From assembly GCA_964036045.1 (NCBI GenBank), contig OZ038379.1, positions 26,226,001 through 26,290,000 on the forward strand: 64,000 nt of DNA, in the 5' to 3' direction. Positions 47,721 through 62,212 of the stretch are shown one piece after another; within the stretch, counting starts at the first letter, position 1, and the number at the start of each line of letters is the position of its first letter. The notes below the pieces were generated by a model. That model did not search any database, had not been told where the DNA came from, and saw only the letters and a list, made by a program, of their open reading frames with translations. This DNA comes from Eutreptiella sp. 'Long Island Sound 2002' (lineage: Eukaryota; Protista; Euglenida). Made by a program: the position numbers and the translations under genes.

Positions 47721-50700
47721 CGTCAGAGGGTTGTTCTGGACTTGCAACTCAGAGAGATCCAGGTTTGCGAGAGACTTGGGCAGCGTCCGAATGGAGTTAT
47801 TGTTCAGCCCCAAGATCTCCAAGCCCTCGAGCTCCCCAATCCACTCTGGAACTGTCTCAATGCGGTTGTGAGCCATGTCGATCTCCCTAACGCAACAAGA
47901 GGAGCTCTGCACCAGCCCAAAAGGTGCCAGGGCCCCACTTCAAGGGCTGAGGGGTGTGAGGGTTGTGGAGAGTTGGAAGATTGTTGAGGGCTTTCGAAGG
48001 CTGTTGGGGGTCGGGTTCTGCAATGTTGCTGAGAGATATGAAGGCTCCCCAAGCACACATGGGGCCAGCGGTTGGCAGAGAGGTGTCCCATTCTGCCCTT
48101 ACATACGCAGTATCACAAACCAGCAGCTCCAGGCAACACACCTCACAGTCAAACTTCGGATGGACTCAGGGATCTCGGTCAATTCGTTGTAGGCTAGGCA
48201 CAGCTCCTCCAATGCCACGCATTTCGTGAGTTTCGGCAACGTCTGCAGCCTGAAACGAACATTCCGACCTCATTCCAGAAACACTCCTGCATCGTGTCGC
48301 ACTGTGATTGGCACACAGCCCGGCCCTTTTTATTCCAGTTGTCGTCCAGGTCATAGCCCTACTATGCGCCCTATCCACAGCCCGGCACATGTTGCCACGT
48401 CAGCGTCGGCCCCAGCTGTCCCCTCAATTAGACCTCAGCCCTAACCCCAGCCTGAGCCCGAGCCCTAGCCCCAGCCCCAGCCCGGAACATCACAGCACGT
48501 GCAACCCCCACAGACTTGTTGAAATTGGCGTGAAGTTGCATCAGGTCATGGCTGTGGCTCAGGCCCTCAGGCAACCGTGTCAATTCGTTGTGATCCAGGC
48601 TGTGACAGAAAGCGTGCAGGCTGACTGCCAAACACTCGCGGCTACACGCACACACCCTACCTCCCCCTGTGTTCCGGCGCTGTCATGACTGCATGTCGCA
48701 CAGCTCTCCGTCAGTCCATATGAACAGCAGCGCTTGCTTTCGGATCCAACAGCTGACCATTTGTTTGGATTCATTGTTGCAGTGAATATCCGCATCGGGC
48801 CACATCTGAGGCCACAGAGGGTTCTCTTCCCATCCACACAAAAAATGGTGTGCCAGGACTTGGCTCAGCGAAATGAAGTGCGCTGCCATCTTTCAGGCCC
48901 ACCAGGACCCAGGAGCAGTGTGGCCAGGCACGTTGTAACATCGACGTTGACACACGTGTAGGGTGTGTACGGGAAGTAGTATTAGGGCTCCCTTGGGCCC
49001 CTGCTGCTTCTTGCCGAACGACCTATGCCCCTCTTTCAAGCGACAGTACAGGGGTGGGGGTGAGATTCCCGACCACACTTTACACATACACAGAGGAGGT
49101 CCAGCTCAATGCTGCATGCTCCCAAAAAGAGCAAATATGTCGTTACAATGGCATCATGCATCACGTGTATCAGAGCCATGGAATCTGCTACATGCGTAAT
49201 AACGGGAACCGGGGGTGTGTGATTGATGGACGTATCCGCATTTTGGGTGTCGCATCCTGAGGACACAAACACCACGGCACGGACTGCTTCTGATCCAGAC
49301 CAGTCGTCGCATTGCTCACGTTGCTCGCCACTCAATTGGGGCCCCGCCCCACGTCAAGGCGGGGCTCCGCATTCATGGGGTGCCTGGGGCACCGACAGCA
49401 ATCCACGCAGCTGTCATGCCCCCCCCCCCCCCCTCCCTGGGAGAGCAGTTCCGGAGAGCGCATTCAGAAAGCTCGAACGCGGCATTGTTTAGCCTCAGAA
49501 TTCAGGCCTCAAGAAGGCCTGGGGTCCAACAACCACCCGCTGGTCTTGCGGTCGACCCATCAGTCACTGCACAAGAGATGGGCTCAAGCGGTGTGCAACA
49601 ACGCCCTGGCAGCTGGGGCACCAGCTCTTGTTGACAAGGAATGCGGGTCCCCCAGACATCATTCATAGTGCTCATTATTTCCCATGCTTCCTCCACGGCC
49701 CCTAAGCCAATCAGCCATTAAATCCCCCAAAACCACTGTGTCTGGTGGCAAACCACACAATGAGTGCAGTGATAATGACAGCGAATCAAACAGTGAGGAT
49801 GTGCGCAAAGAGCGCCCATCGGATGTGCGGACAACATTTGCCTCTGAAACATTGATCCGAGCTTGAATGAAACAGTACGGCGACGGCAACAGCAACAGCA
49901 GCGGGTGTCCAGGGTCAATTACCCAACGCCAGCACGAGGCAACCCAATACCTGAGCTCTTGCAGCGTGTGCCACATGGAGCCCTCATCATGCAATTCGAC
50001 AATCTTGTTCTCCCTCACGTCTAAAACATGAAGGGTCTTCAGGTCATAAATGCTCTTTGGCAGAGCTGTGAGCTGTGAAGGAACGTGAGTGCTTTGGTCT
50101 ACAATGGGGCTTTGGATGTCTCTGAGAACATACCACCAAGGGAGTAAATCCACCCACAGCGGAGAGGGCAGCATGCAGCCATGCCCTTCACAGGTGTTCA
50201 TGTCGAACCACGTACCACACACCCAGAGGCTCTGGTCACTCGGAATAGTTCAGTTCACTTCTGGACCCCAACATCCGCGGCCTGAGCAGGGGAAGTGGTC
50301 CAGAGGTGGGGAGGTGGATAAAGGCCAAGTAAATATGCCGGTTGGTACTACCCCATTAGCCCCTGGGGAGTGGGTTGGAAGCCCATTTCATGGGCTCATC
50401 GGCACGCCACTGAGCCTCAGCACCCTGTTGAATGGGATGCATCGGTTATGCTGGATTGGGAGGGAATACGAAGGAACGAGGCAGGATCTGTGATCTGGGT
50501 GGCATGATTTGTCCGCCCACCAATCCCTTCATCAAATTTCGTTGCATATAATTCCCTCGCGCAGGTTTCCATGCACGGACTTTGTGAAGTGGTAAAACTT
50601 GGTAAACGGTGCAGTGGTAAAACTCCCCGGTTCTTGGTGTCACGAGACACAGAAAGACAGGTTCTCTATGAGGCGTGAGCAACCCATTTTCGGTGGCGGA

Positions 50701-53104
50701 AATGAGATTTCTGAACTATTTGCCCCTGAAACGGGTCGTACCCTCGGCAGTGTGCTGCATCCTGTGACTCTTTGTGTCTCGCATCGTTGCATCGCCTCAC
50801 ATCGTTGTAAGCAGAGAACAAGGAAAGCAATGCCGAGGGCAGTGCTGAAGGACAGAGATTGGCACCTCGTTTTTGTACACCACGAGCTCCTCAAGCATTG
50901 CCAATTGCCCGATGGACTCGGGCAGCTCCTTCAACTTGTTCTCACCCACTGACAATTTCCGCAAAATGGGCGATAGCCCTGCACAATGGCACACCATGGG
51001 CACCAGCCCTGAACAAAGGCACGCAACGGGCAGCCTGTCCTGCGCATGGCAACCGTACGTGCAAATCTGTTTGGCACCATGTCCTCAACTTGCAGAGCGG
51101 TGGGGGTATTGCTGTGTTGCCGTGAGGAGGGAGATACACAACACACACCAATCTCCGCTGGTAGCTGTGTGATTCGGTTGTTGTCCAGGAACAAATCCTG
51201 CAGGCACTTGAGCTCATCAATCCCGGGCGGAAGGGTCCTCAAATCGTTGCCCCCTAAGCAATGACACGGACCCCACTTGCGGGCACCCTGAACCAGCAAT
51301 GAAGGCAGGCGAGGCAATGCACCCCAAAGTGGTCCAAACCGGGACCAAAATGACTAGGCCGGGTGGGCCCAGTGATGGGACAAGCGTGCAGAAGAACTGC
51401 ATCGGAGGTGCCTAATGTCAGGCGGGTCCCCCCATGGGGCGGGGGGACGGTAATGAGGTGACGGTCTCCTCCAATGGGGGTGAGGGGGGATTGCCCCACA
51501 GAATGGTGGCACTAAACTGCAGCAGTTCCAATATAACCTAAAGAGAATTTTTCTTCAGTGCATGGGAGGTCACGTCCATCACGTCCAAGCCCAAGCCAGG
51601 CCCACGCCAATCCAGACCTGCTTCCATCACTTAAACCTCCACCCGTCGGCAGATCACCAACACCCGCCGCTGTGCAATGGTGCTGCTGCAAGTGTCACAG
51701 ACCTAAAAGCAACTCCACCAGCATCTCACACTTGTAAAGACTCGGCGGCACCTCTTTTATGTCGTTGTCGCACAAATCCAAAACCTGAGGTGTGTGGGAA
51801 GTGCACAGAACATCTGCGATAAATGCAGTTGCAGATTCCAGACCACAAATCAGGGGTATCTACCAGGTTATACTAGGATACACTCTCCCCTGTTCTGAGA
51901 TACTAACAAACAGCATCTGCCATGATACACTTTCCCCCCGTCTGAGACATACTTACCGCAAATCAACACTTGTTAGGGCCCCACCTGAGCCTCACTAGGC
52001 ATCTCAGCATTATGTTGAGCATCAAAACGAGGCACCAATTGCTCATCATTGCAAAATGATGAGCAGACCTGTGACATGTGTCACAAGGAAGGAGCAATGC
52101 AGGCAGTCAGGCGGTCAGGGCAATGCTGCTCCATCACAAGAGAACTAAGTACCGCGAACAACAGGGGCATTGAGATGGCACGTTACCGACAAGCATGGTC
52201 GGTACGTGGCACCACGAAAAACCAAACTGGGCCAGACACACACATAAATTTTCGCAGCATGTACCCGACTATATCAGTGCCACACATGAACGTTAATGGG
52301 TTGCTGCTATACCAGGGCCACACACGGCAGTCACGGCATGGATTTGGCAATGCCGTATTGGGGCCACACACAGCACACAGCAGTGCTTCGGTTTCAGCTT
52401 CACCTTTGTTGGATTTAGCAAAAGATGTTTGTAACTTGGGGCACTAAGACTGTTTACTCACCTTTGTTGAGGACAGGGGCAACAATCATTTTACACTCAC
52501 ACAAAAAAAACACAATCTGAGGTTTTGCACAAAAATCTTTGACACTCGGTTTACCCCTCAGGAGCACCAAACTGCTGCAGAACCTGACACTTGGACCCAG
52601 CCAGCCCAGAAGAGATCTCAGTGGAATAGACCAGAGGCTACTGAACATGCGAATGAAATGCTGTGATGGTGAGACTGGGGGTGCCCCGTTTTCTGCCTCA
52701 TCTTTGTGCCCAGACTGCATGATCTTGTGGCCAAGTGGCGCAAGCCCATCTGCACAGCGACACCACTGCCCACTGCCCATCAGCATTCCACAGGAGCGAC
52801 ACCTGCAGCTACTGCCCCATACCACATCAAGCAGCAATACCTGCAGCCGCTTCATTCGCCCAATATTGTTGGGGATGGTCAGCAACTGATTCTTTGAGGC
52901 CCAGAGCTGCACAAGGAAGGGGATGTCCATGATGGACCCAAGAGTAGGCAGGTAGTTGTTGCTGATGGACAAGACAAAAAGGTTGACAAAGCGCCGCGCA
53001 GACGTGGGGAATGTCTTGAGCTTGTTGGCCTCCAAATTCAGGACCTGCAGATTGTCCAGCTGTCCCATATTGTGCGGCAGGGTCTCAAGCTGGTTCTCTG
53101 CGAC
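47721..53104 (-). CDS. Host multi-exon leucine-rich-repeat protein (SHOC2/Scribble-type LRRs); exons ~52822-53104, 51149-51253, 50866-50978, 49951-50072, 48516-48599, 48147-48249, ~47721-47890
   Basis: Each exon encodes LxxLxLxxNxLxxLPxxIG repeats (e.g. LQDLFLDNNRITQLPAEIG, LEELCLAYNELTEIPESI) and has GT/AG borders. Phases join for 51149>50978>50072>48599>48249. Start, stop and possible extra exons are unresolved. Confidence 0.85.
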
Positions 53105-53549
53105 CTGCAAAACACGCAATGCCCCAGAAAGGTGTGTGTGTTGGGGGGCCGGGGGGGGGGGGAGTCGGTTTGATGCATGACCCCCCTTCACTCGCCAGGT
53201 GCTGGACAAAGACCAAGCTAGCTTTGACCTCAGAACTGATACCGTATGAATCCTGGGTGTTTTGAATTAATAATAAGCAAAAATTGTGCAACGGCATCCA
53301 AAATGGGCAAAAAATATTTTATTTTTGCCTTTTTTTTGCGGAACCCATTTTTGTGTAGGGCGTTACACCCAAAAAAAAATTTGGCGGTTTTTTTTGTGCT
53401 TTGGGGATCGGGTTCAATTCATTTTGTTGCTACTGCAAGAGACCATGCGTACCTTGGACTCTGAGATTGCAGTCCATTCCTACACAGGCATGTGAATGTT
53501 GATCAGTTGGACTCTGCTGGGATTGCAGTCCATAGCACAGATAAGCACC

Positions 53550-54990
53550 AACAAGCATGGTTCAGGTCTACCAGTTTTTCAACAAACCAGTTCCAAACTC
53601 GTCCATAATAGTGCCCATGGCAAGTGAATGCTGCCTTGTCATTTCGTCTCGATGATAGTGCATCAAATGCTGAAAAAATGCCACATTAAACTCTGCGGGA
53701 TCAGACAACAAGAAAAACCACGGCACTGTACATGGCTGTGAAAGAGAAATGTCATGAACACACAAAGGCTTACCTGTGCAATTCGCAGTTTGGCCCTAGG
53801 CAAAGAAGGACCACATCATTGCCATCCTATTGGAACTGGATATCATATTTGCCATTCCCATGATTTTTCACCACCTTGGCCCGGACCGTAGCCCCGTTGC
53901 TACGAGTGTACAAAACACTCCTCCGCACGAAAAAATCCCATAGCTGGCATTCTTGCAAAGGTGGGGGGGGCAGGGGCAAAAAAATATTTTATTTTTGCGA
54001 CTTTTTTTGCGGAACCCATTTTTGCGTCGGGCATGGCGCCAAAAATTATTTTCGCTTTTTTTTTTTTGCTGACAACAACACCTTGTGCCAGGAATTAAAT
54101 ATTTTTGCAAATCGGTATGTTTATTTTGAACCTGAAGCCCCGATTCGTTGTTAGTGATTCGTTTCCTTACATTTCAAACCGAGTATTGGGACCCATAGTG
54201 GCATATGAGGAGAAAAAGCGGCCTTGAGTGGTTCTTGCTATTGCAGATTAATTTGATTTGAGGTGCTTGCCTTGACATGAAAGTAGTGTTTTACTGCGTA
54301 GGGGGTGTTGTATCACGGGAATGATTGTTTCTGATGCAGCATTTGTTATTATAGCTGTGATCCAATCAACCATTGCGACACCATAGCAAGGACCCAGGTC
54401 CTATCCCTGGTGCTTGTATGTGGATTGTCTTGTGGGCGTTCAGCGTCAGTTTAGACCAAATGGATGGTGCATCATCCTTCATGGCACGTTTGATCGCGCC
54501 TCTGGCGACTCTAGAGACCCGAGACAAAAGGTCTGCCGGCTGCGAATGTGTGAGCCCACACAAGATGCTTAACAAAACCAGAGGTCCGCACTTCCTCTGA
54601 CATGCAGACCGACACCTGACAAGGCCAGTGCGGCACTCTGCAGCATCAACTGCCATCAACTTAACAAACATCCACGATGGAGCCAGTACTGTCGGTGGCC
54701 GAAAATCAAGCATCACCACCAAGGTGGCAGAGAGCAGTGACCACCAAAAATTACGCCCAACCTTCCCAATTCCGATCAGTTATAAGATAGAGCCCTCTAC
54801 ATACCAGCCACAAAAGGCAAGTGGTCCTTCTTGAGGTTGCCAACCACCCTATCAGGGCCAGGATGTGCACCTTGGTGCGCACAACTCGCCCATGCACGCT
54901 GACGAGTGCCGTAAAAGTCTTGATCGTTAGGTGCTGGGAGTTGGCAATGACTAGCTGCACCACATCACAAGTCATATAGCGCTCTTGACC
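53550..54990 (-). other. Possible upstream exons of the LRR gene
   Basis: Open protein-like frames (EPNGQERYMTCDVVQLVIANSQHLTIKTF..., ADLLSRVSRVARGAIKRAMKDD..., EFNVAFFQHLMHYH...) with plausible splice sites. Confidence 0.3.
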
Positions 54991-56429
54991 GTTTGGTTCT
55001 TAGGAGATATGATTCAACCTGTCTGCTCCAGGAGGAGGGGGGGGGAGGGTTGGACTCCATTGGACCCAAGACAAAACTGGGACAAATTACACCATTCATT
55101 ACATTGCCTCTTAATCAGCTGTACAATGGGTGTGATGAGTGGAGATGGTGAATAAAGATGTGAGCCCACACTACAACGTTTAGCTGTACGGACACAACCT
55201 TTTTGGAGTGATCCACTTTCTTTTACACCTTTTCTTACTCTTACATGGTACTTCTGGATAGGTGGTTGGCCAGCTCCAGGGTAAAGAGTCTTGCTGATTG
55301 GGCATCCCAAGGCACGTTCAGCATTTAAAAGGTGTTGGAACGGAGTGGCCTCAGCGTGCAGTTTGTTGCGTCATTTTTCGCCACCAGTCCTCCATGATCC
55401 ACTATGTGTTGCCTTCAAACAGAAGGTGAAACTGAACAAGATGCAACACAGGGCCCGAGGGTTCCAAACCACCAAATGTTGTAGTAGCATTACCAGACAT
55501 TTTGCCTTTTGAAGAGTGGTCCGTGGGCAGGGCCGCACCCACTCTTGTGTGGGAGGGTGGAACCTGTCCAACCTCAGAAACCCACCCAGGGCCGCACTTC
55601 GGGACCCGGTCCCAGCAGTCACTGGGGGCCCAGGGCGTGCATTTGCTTGCCTTGCTGTTCCTGTGTGTCGGGGGGGGGGGGGGGGGTTCTGCTGACGCCC
55701 GTTGCAAAGCACGAATTCCTGCACAACCACTCAGAACAGGAGTCGAGGCCAGGGAAACAGTGACATACGTCCAGTTCGAGGAGATTTGCCAGCCCCACCA
55801 ACACCGAGACGTCAGAGATGAGGTTTCCATGAAGGCTCAGTTTTTGCAGCCCTGTGAATGGAGTGCCGAAGTGCGTAGCAATGGGGGCGTTGCAGCGAAG
55901 TCTGCACTAGCAAGACAGGGGGCCGAGGGGACGCAACTCGTGGGGAGAGTTCGCGGACCTTTGCAGCAAGAGGGATAGTGGGACGGGCCAGAAGGACCCC
56001 CGCCGCTTGCCTTGGACCCTCAAGTCCAACGGGGCCAGCAGTCGATGGGGAAGCGAGTCCAACGGAAAGAAGCAAAGAAGGGAAATCAGATGAGATGGGG
56101 GACAGGGCCAGTACGGGGCAATACTGTGTTCCAAACCTCAAAGTGACAGGGAACGGCCTGGGTCGAGTCTGCCTGAAATGCTGATCCGAAAGGCCTGGCA
56201 ACATTTGGTTGGTGCAGCTGCACAGCGCTGATGTAAGACAGCCAGTGGTAAAATTTTGGTTGAATATGTGTTCAAGGGGCAGCAGCAAAATTTTCGGCGA
56301 TGGGGTGCATGTAAATGGGGGGGGAAAACTGTTGCCTTTGGTAAAGCACCTCAACGAGGTGCACCCCCCCCCCCCAACCCTTGCGTCCCTGAACACATTC
56401 CTACAGCATTCGGAATGGTCTCATGAATA

Positions 56430-56890
56430 GCCAAACCTGGGATTTTAGTTGCAAAAACAGATTTGTTGAACTTTGATATTTGAAATCTTTGTGGGAATTT
56501 TTTTGGTTGAAAAACGATATTTGTCGAAAAGAAATCTTTTTGGATTTTTTTTAGTTTGAAAACTTGTGCTACAGATCTTTTTGTTGGAAAAAAATCTTTA
56601 TTTGAAAAAAAAATTTGTTGGAAATTGTTCTTGCATTGGAACAGAATTTCTAGTCGGATTTTCTTTTGTTGAAAATCTCTTTGGAAAAAAAACTTTGTGG
56701 AAAAAAGATTTTTGTTGATAAAAAACTTTTATTGGAAAAAAAGGTTCGTCAAAAAATCCAGGGAGCATTTTTTTCAGTTGGAAACAAACAAAGACGAACA
56801 AAATTTGCTGGAAAAATTATTTTGTCGGGAAATTTTTTCGTCACAAACATCATATTTCAGAAAACATTTCTTCTCAAAAATTCAATTGAA
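56430..56890. repeat. AT-rich low-complexity tract of degenerate TTTGTTG(G)AAAA units
   Basis: Direct reading. Confidence 0.7.
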
Positions 56891-58378
56891 CAGCCGGAAA
56901 TAGCAATTTCAGAGGATTTGGGCACCCATGGCTCTAGCCACATGGGCCGAGCAGCCACTAGGTGGGTCCCCATTTGTGCTAGAGTACCCATATCGTCACC
57001 AAATGATAACCCAAACCGAACATTGTGGGGGGTGTGGTATTGTTTGGAAAGGCAAGAGGATTGCTGAAATTACCAATTTTGCCCTTTCAACTGCACACGG
57101 CTGCGCACTGTGCATGCCGTGCACGCACCGTGCACAAACGCCTTCTTAGGTGGTTCGGTCAAAATCGAAAAAAAAATTATAAAAAAAACTTGTGATTTGA
57201 GCAAAATTGGGGGCGGGGGGGGGGGGGGTCTCCCTCACCCCCCCCCAAAAAAGTGGGTATTCGGTTTGGGTGGTTAGTGGGCCAATTTTCAAACATTTTT
57301 GATGATTATTACATGAAAAAGTGTTGGCCCCATGGGGTACGCTACACAAATACCCTCCCAAAAGGGCCCATGTATACTTCTTGTGCCTGTGCTTGATCTA
57401 ACCCGTTTGGGGCGATTCCAAGCTAATTACATTATGCCCCTACGAGCCCCCACTGAACTGAACAAGAACAATCAGCAAATCTACCGCCCGTGTATGTCTT
57501 CATGGCTCCATCTCTTTTGGGAGGGCAAATGGGGTGCGTGGATATGAAATGGGGCCTGCACCACTACAAGGGGAGAGGTCCCTTCTCTCTAGGACGGTGG
57601 TAACATCTAGCACACAAGAACCCGTATACGGGTAGGGAATGGCTAAACTAATCAATCAAAAAAAAAGCCCCCAAAAAGTAATGTTTTTCGCAATTTTTTT
57701 TAAGCTCAACTGAAAAACAAAAAAAAGCCACCACAAACCCCCTGCCCTCACTAAACTAACCAAAATTGAAAAGAAAATCGCAAAACCGCCTCGAAAGAAT
57801 TTGCAAATTTGGGCCCCTTGGAGGGGGAGAATGTGCAAATTTGTACATTATTAGCAGAAAACATGTCGTTTGACAAAACTCGCAAAGAACCCAAACCAAA
57901 GTGTGATTATATCTTGTTGCCACGCATTGATATTGGGCATTACATTACCGCGAAAACTTCAAGGTACCAAAAAGCTGTTGCCGCGAGATTTTGCCAAGAC
58001 ATGCTTGTGTGACGTAGTGAAATTTCGCAAGGACATACCGAAATCTCGCAGTGACACAAAGACGACGACAGGGGGGTCCTTAACGCAAAAAAAAGTTGTT
58101 CCAGAACCTAGTATTTTCAAAAGAGCCCGCGGACAATACATGCCTTCACCCCGGTGTTCCCAATTGTTCAACCTTGAGTCCCTAGCCCAAATTTGTATAA
58201 GCACACAAACCATATGATCCTAGCCCCACATGTGTTGCATGATAGCATGCGAACCCTACCTCACACCCTGCACAATTCAACATGAACAAGAGCAATGCTT
58301 TTTTCAATCAAATTCAGTGAGGCAGCGTTCGACCACCCGAATGTTCCATCGCCGGTGGCACAGCTGATAACAAACCCC

Positions 58379-58561
58379 CTACAGCTGGTACAACCTCTGG
58401 AAGTGCATCCTGACACGCTCCATAAGCTCACCCTTCCCCCCGCTGACACTCAAACCATGCTTCCTAGAAATAGCTTTGAACTCAACTTTAGTCCACTCAT
58501 GCAATTTCCCCCTCTCCATTGCCTTCAACACCGCCTCGTCCACATCATACGCAAACACCAA
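58379..58561 (-). pseudogene. Exon encoding a SAP DNA-binding domain, the probable 3' end of a decayed intron-containing gene spread over ~58.4-64 kb
   Basis: GKLHEWTKVEFKAISRKHGLSVSGGKGELMERVRMHF fits the SAP pattern. Upstream minus-strand fragments (59.5-61.7 kb) are coding-like but contain stops. Confidence 0.55.
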
Positions 58562-58658
58562 CTACGCGGTAGGGTTAGAAGAGGTAGAGGGGACAGCTGA
58601 TGGGTTACGAAGGTCAGAAGAGGAGCTACTGGCACCTTCACCTGGCTGCTCCAAATTC

Positions 58659-59000
58659 TTCAGAGCGGGGGGCAGAATCACAAGTGGCCCACTTGTGGGC
58701 AAGGTGGCTACGTAACCCCTGCCGCCTCGGGGATCCCCACCGCTCCAGAGTGGGGGACAAAATCACAAGTGGCCCACTTGTGGGCAAGGTGGCTGCGTAA
58801 CCCCTGCCGCCTCGAGGATCCCCTCCGCTTCAGAGCGGGGGGGCAAAATCAGAAGTGGCCCACTTGTGGGCAAGGTGGCTACGTAATCCCTGCCGCCTTG
58901 GGGATCCCCACCGCTTCAGAGCAGGGGGCAGAATCAGAAGTGGTGCCCAAAAGAGGGCGGAATTGCTACGTAACTCCTGCTTTCTCGGCGATCCCCAAAA
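58659..59000 (+). repeat. 85/86-bp tandem repeat x4 with CACAAGTG-GCC-CACTTGTG palindrome
   Basis: Unit starts at 58659, 58744, 58829 and 58915. Confidence 0.92.
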
Positions 59001-62000
59001 AGGGGGGATAGACATGGCCCACGTTGGGCCGGGGCAAAAAGGCCTCTAGGGGCGGTCCTTAAGGGGGGGTCCTTAACAAAAAAAAAAACTCGTCCCTCAA
59101 GGACCCCCTTGGACGGCGGTGAAGTCATGCAGGAGTGTGACAGGAGTGTGACGGGATCCAAACCAAAATATCCTTATATCCTGTTCCCATGAATTGATCT
59201 TGGGCATTGTGATACTGTGCAGACTTTCAGAATCAAGTTCGCAACGAAAGGCGTGCCATAGTGAAACCTCGCAATGACACAAAGGCGATGGTGGAATCGT
59301 GTAGGAGTTTGAAAGCGGTAGATAATTGGTGCGTAAGAAACGGGGCACTGAGACGGCATGTACATACTCATAAAAAAAATTGTCAAGCTACGAAAAGCGA
59401 TATACAGCATGCGGTTGACAAGCAACCACTGTAAGCTGCACAAATCAAAATGCCCAAAAGGAACATCAAAACAATGAAGAGAGCATGACCGGACCTAGAA
59501 TATCATCACCATCTATATCCGGATGTCATAATCGCCAAACGGATGAAATGGTATTCCAACCAGACCAATGGGTACTCCAACCGCTGGTGCAATGCAGTCC
59601 TGTGAAGAAAAAAGAAACAAGAAGACATCATTGACATAAAACCAAACAATTTCACGTAGCACCATAACAATAAGCACAATCCCACTATGCAACGTGACCT
59701 ACCTGACTACTTATTCTTCTTCACCGGGGGCTTTACCACCTTGATCGCCACCTCATCCAATTTTCGCTTGAAAGCAGCCGCGGACAACGCTCCTGCCACA
59801 GTCTTTGGCTGAAATAAGACCACAAAGAAAAGGTAGGACACACAGAACCAACATGGCACCCACTGAGTGGGAAAAGGAAGAAGTGAACAAAAGTTTACCC
59901 TTCCTGTGCTAACGCGGAGAAGTGCGTTTCCCCAGCTCGGGCTAGGTCTCCTTGGTTGTTGCAGCAGCTGGAGGCTTGGACAATGCTGCCGGAGTAGGCT
60001 TCAGTTTTGTGGCGGCCAGGTTGGCACCACGTGGTGTTTTCGGGGCAACAGCTACAATGGCGGATGTGGAATGTGCACCTTGAGCCTTGACAACCGGCGT
60101 TTGCTGCCCCAAAGCATGGATCTTCTTCAACTCCTCGCGTCACTTCTTCTCCCACTCACGCTTTGCCTGCTTGATCTCGGCCTTCAACTTGAACATACCA
60201 ATGGTTAAGTTGTGTCGCTGCAAAATTTTGCAAGGACACGGAATGGGCGATAACAATGTGTCTTTGTGAAATCTCATAAGGAAACACAAAGAAAGACATT
60301 CGCTTGGCTGCCTCCGCAACACGTTCCCTCTCAACTTCAACCGCCGCTTCCTCATCTTCCTCGACCACTTCCTCGTTGGGGGGAACAAACACTACGATGT
60401 GGCGGGACAAGATGTCTTGAAATCGGGAGAGATGAATCACATGCGAATCGTCGTGAATGGTCAAAAGTTGTCTGATTTCATTTGGCAAACACGTTGTCAG
60501 TCCCTAGGGCTCTGCGGGACAACACAATACACTTCACTGTACAGACCAGTGCCCGTGCCCTCAAATCTGCCACCTACAGGGCAGACCAAATGTGCCATAA
60601 AACCCACACATATTTGTCCTCAGGGATCCGGTACACACCGAAGAGATCAATCGAATAGCACATGACGTCAGCAGGCACGTATGCGATGTCCAGCGAGTAA
60701 TGGAGGAAACAATGAGGCACCCGCAAAAAGCAAATTGTATTGGAGTGCATCATCAGGTCACAAAATATTGCAACAAAAAAGGAAAGGGTAGGCAACACAA
60801 ACTCCAACGCAACACACACGAAAGAATATGTGACTGTGGTTAGGCATTTGTGGAACCCGGACGTTGGGTGTACCGTTGGTTCCCTTGAGATCCAACCTCT
60901 TCCTCAGTCTTTACAACGTACAAAGTACCATCTGCATTACTCTCCAACGGTTTGAAAGAAACCAAAGGTCAGCGAGGGAAGGGCAATACCGGTCGGCTAC
61001 GACAACATGTGCAAAAAACCTACTCCTGCCTCGATTGGTCGGGCAACCACATCGCGGACATCATGAATCTCAAGATAGGTCCAGATGGCAACTTTGGCAA
61101 TGAATTCCCTCTTCCGCAGCTTGTCCTTGTCACACTACTCCCACTACTTAGGCAGTAGATGCACTTTAACACACAAAATCTATTTGTTGGGAGTTCCTCA
61201 AAAGATTTCGAAGAAGGCTTTGTTCCCGCGGTCCCTGAGACGGAAATCCGGCACAGCTCACTTTTTCACATGCTGAACAACCGCGTTCGTAACAATGGAA
61301 TGTCGTACCCAATCCAGGGAATGATCAAGACTGAAGAAGTGGCAAATGTTCCTGTGGCATCTTGGACACCCTGAGAACAACCTGGTGCACGAATCGCGGA
61401 GTCTGCATTTCCGCAAGGTCAAACTCGTTGGTCAATAGGGCCCGTAGCTTCTGGAACTCACGGGGTTGCAGTCCCTCCAGGCACTCAAAATGTCCAGCAA
61501 TAGGGTACATGGTTTCCTCACTGTAAAGCCGAGAAATGGTCTGAACTGCCGGGTCACCCAAGTTGCGGACTGGCTTAGCAAAGGGGCGCGATTGCTTACC
61601 AAGCTTGTTCAGGGGGGCCATCTTGGGAACGTATCCCGCCTTAAAAACCACTTGCGGCACGCCTCCGACAGCCTAATTTGTGGGTCTGCAAGAAATTAAT
61701 GGTGTAGAATATGCAACCGCACGGACATCGAATGCTGCTATCCACCGTGCTGTGTCACCTATAAAGACAAGCAAGAAATTCATGCATGTATGGAGGTGTA
61801 TCGGCTTGTAGACAATGAGCCAAGAAATGTGGTACACATTATCATGAGAGCTATCACTTAATTCAAATGCACAAAGGTATACCCTCGTAAGTTTATCCTA
61901 AAATATGTACATCCATGGTTTCAACTTGACATACTTGCGGCCACCATAGGGAAACAACATAAACACCAACACCTTGTTGTGAACAGGTGGTGCCCAAAAA

Positions 62001-62212
62001 ATGTCCCGCTTGAATGTTGGTCTTGTACATTGTGATCGTACACGTCTAACCGAACTCCGGATTCTTGTCTTCCGCCGCCTCTTTGGAGTGCACATCCCCA
62101 ACCTTTTCGATCCAAGCATTGAAGGTGATGTACAGATTTCCTCCGGGTCCCTGGTTGTGCCAGCACGTTGTTTGACTGATTTGCCCTTTGGAGAAGTTCG
62201 TGGGGACGCTAA

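Noticed and set aside
58379-61700. Ku70 gene (the C-terminal SAP exon resembles the Ku70 tail)
   Set aside because: Upstream fragments do not show Ku core motifs, and SAP alone is not diagnostic.
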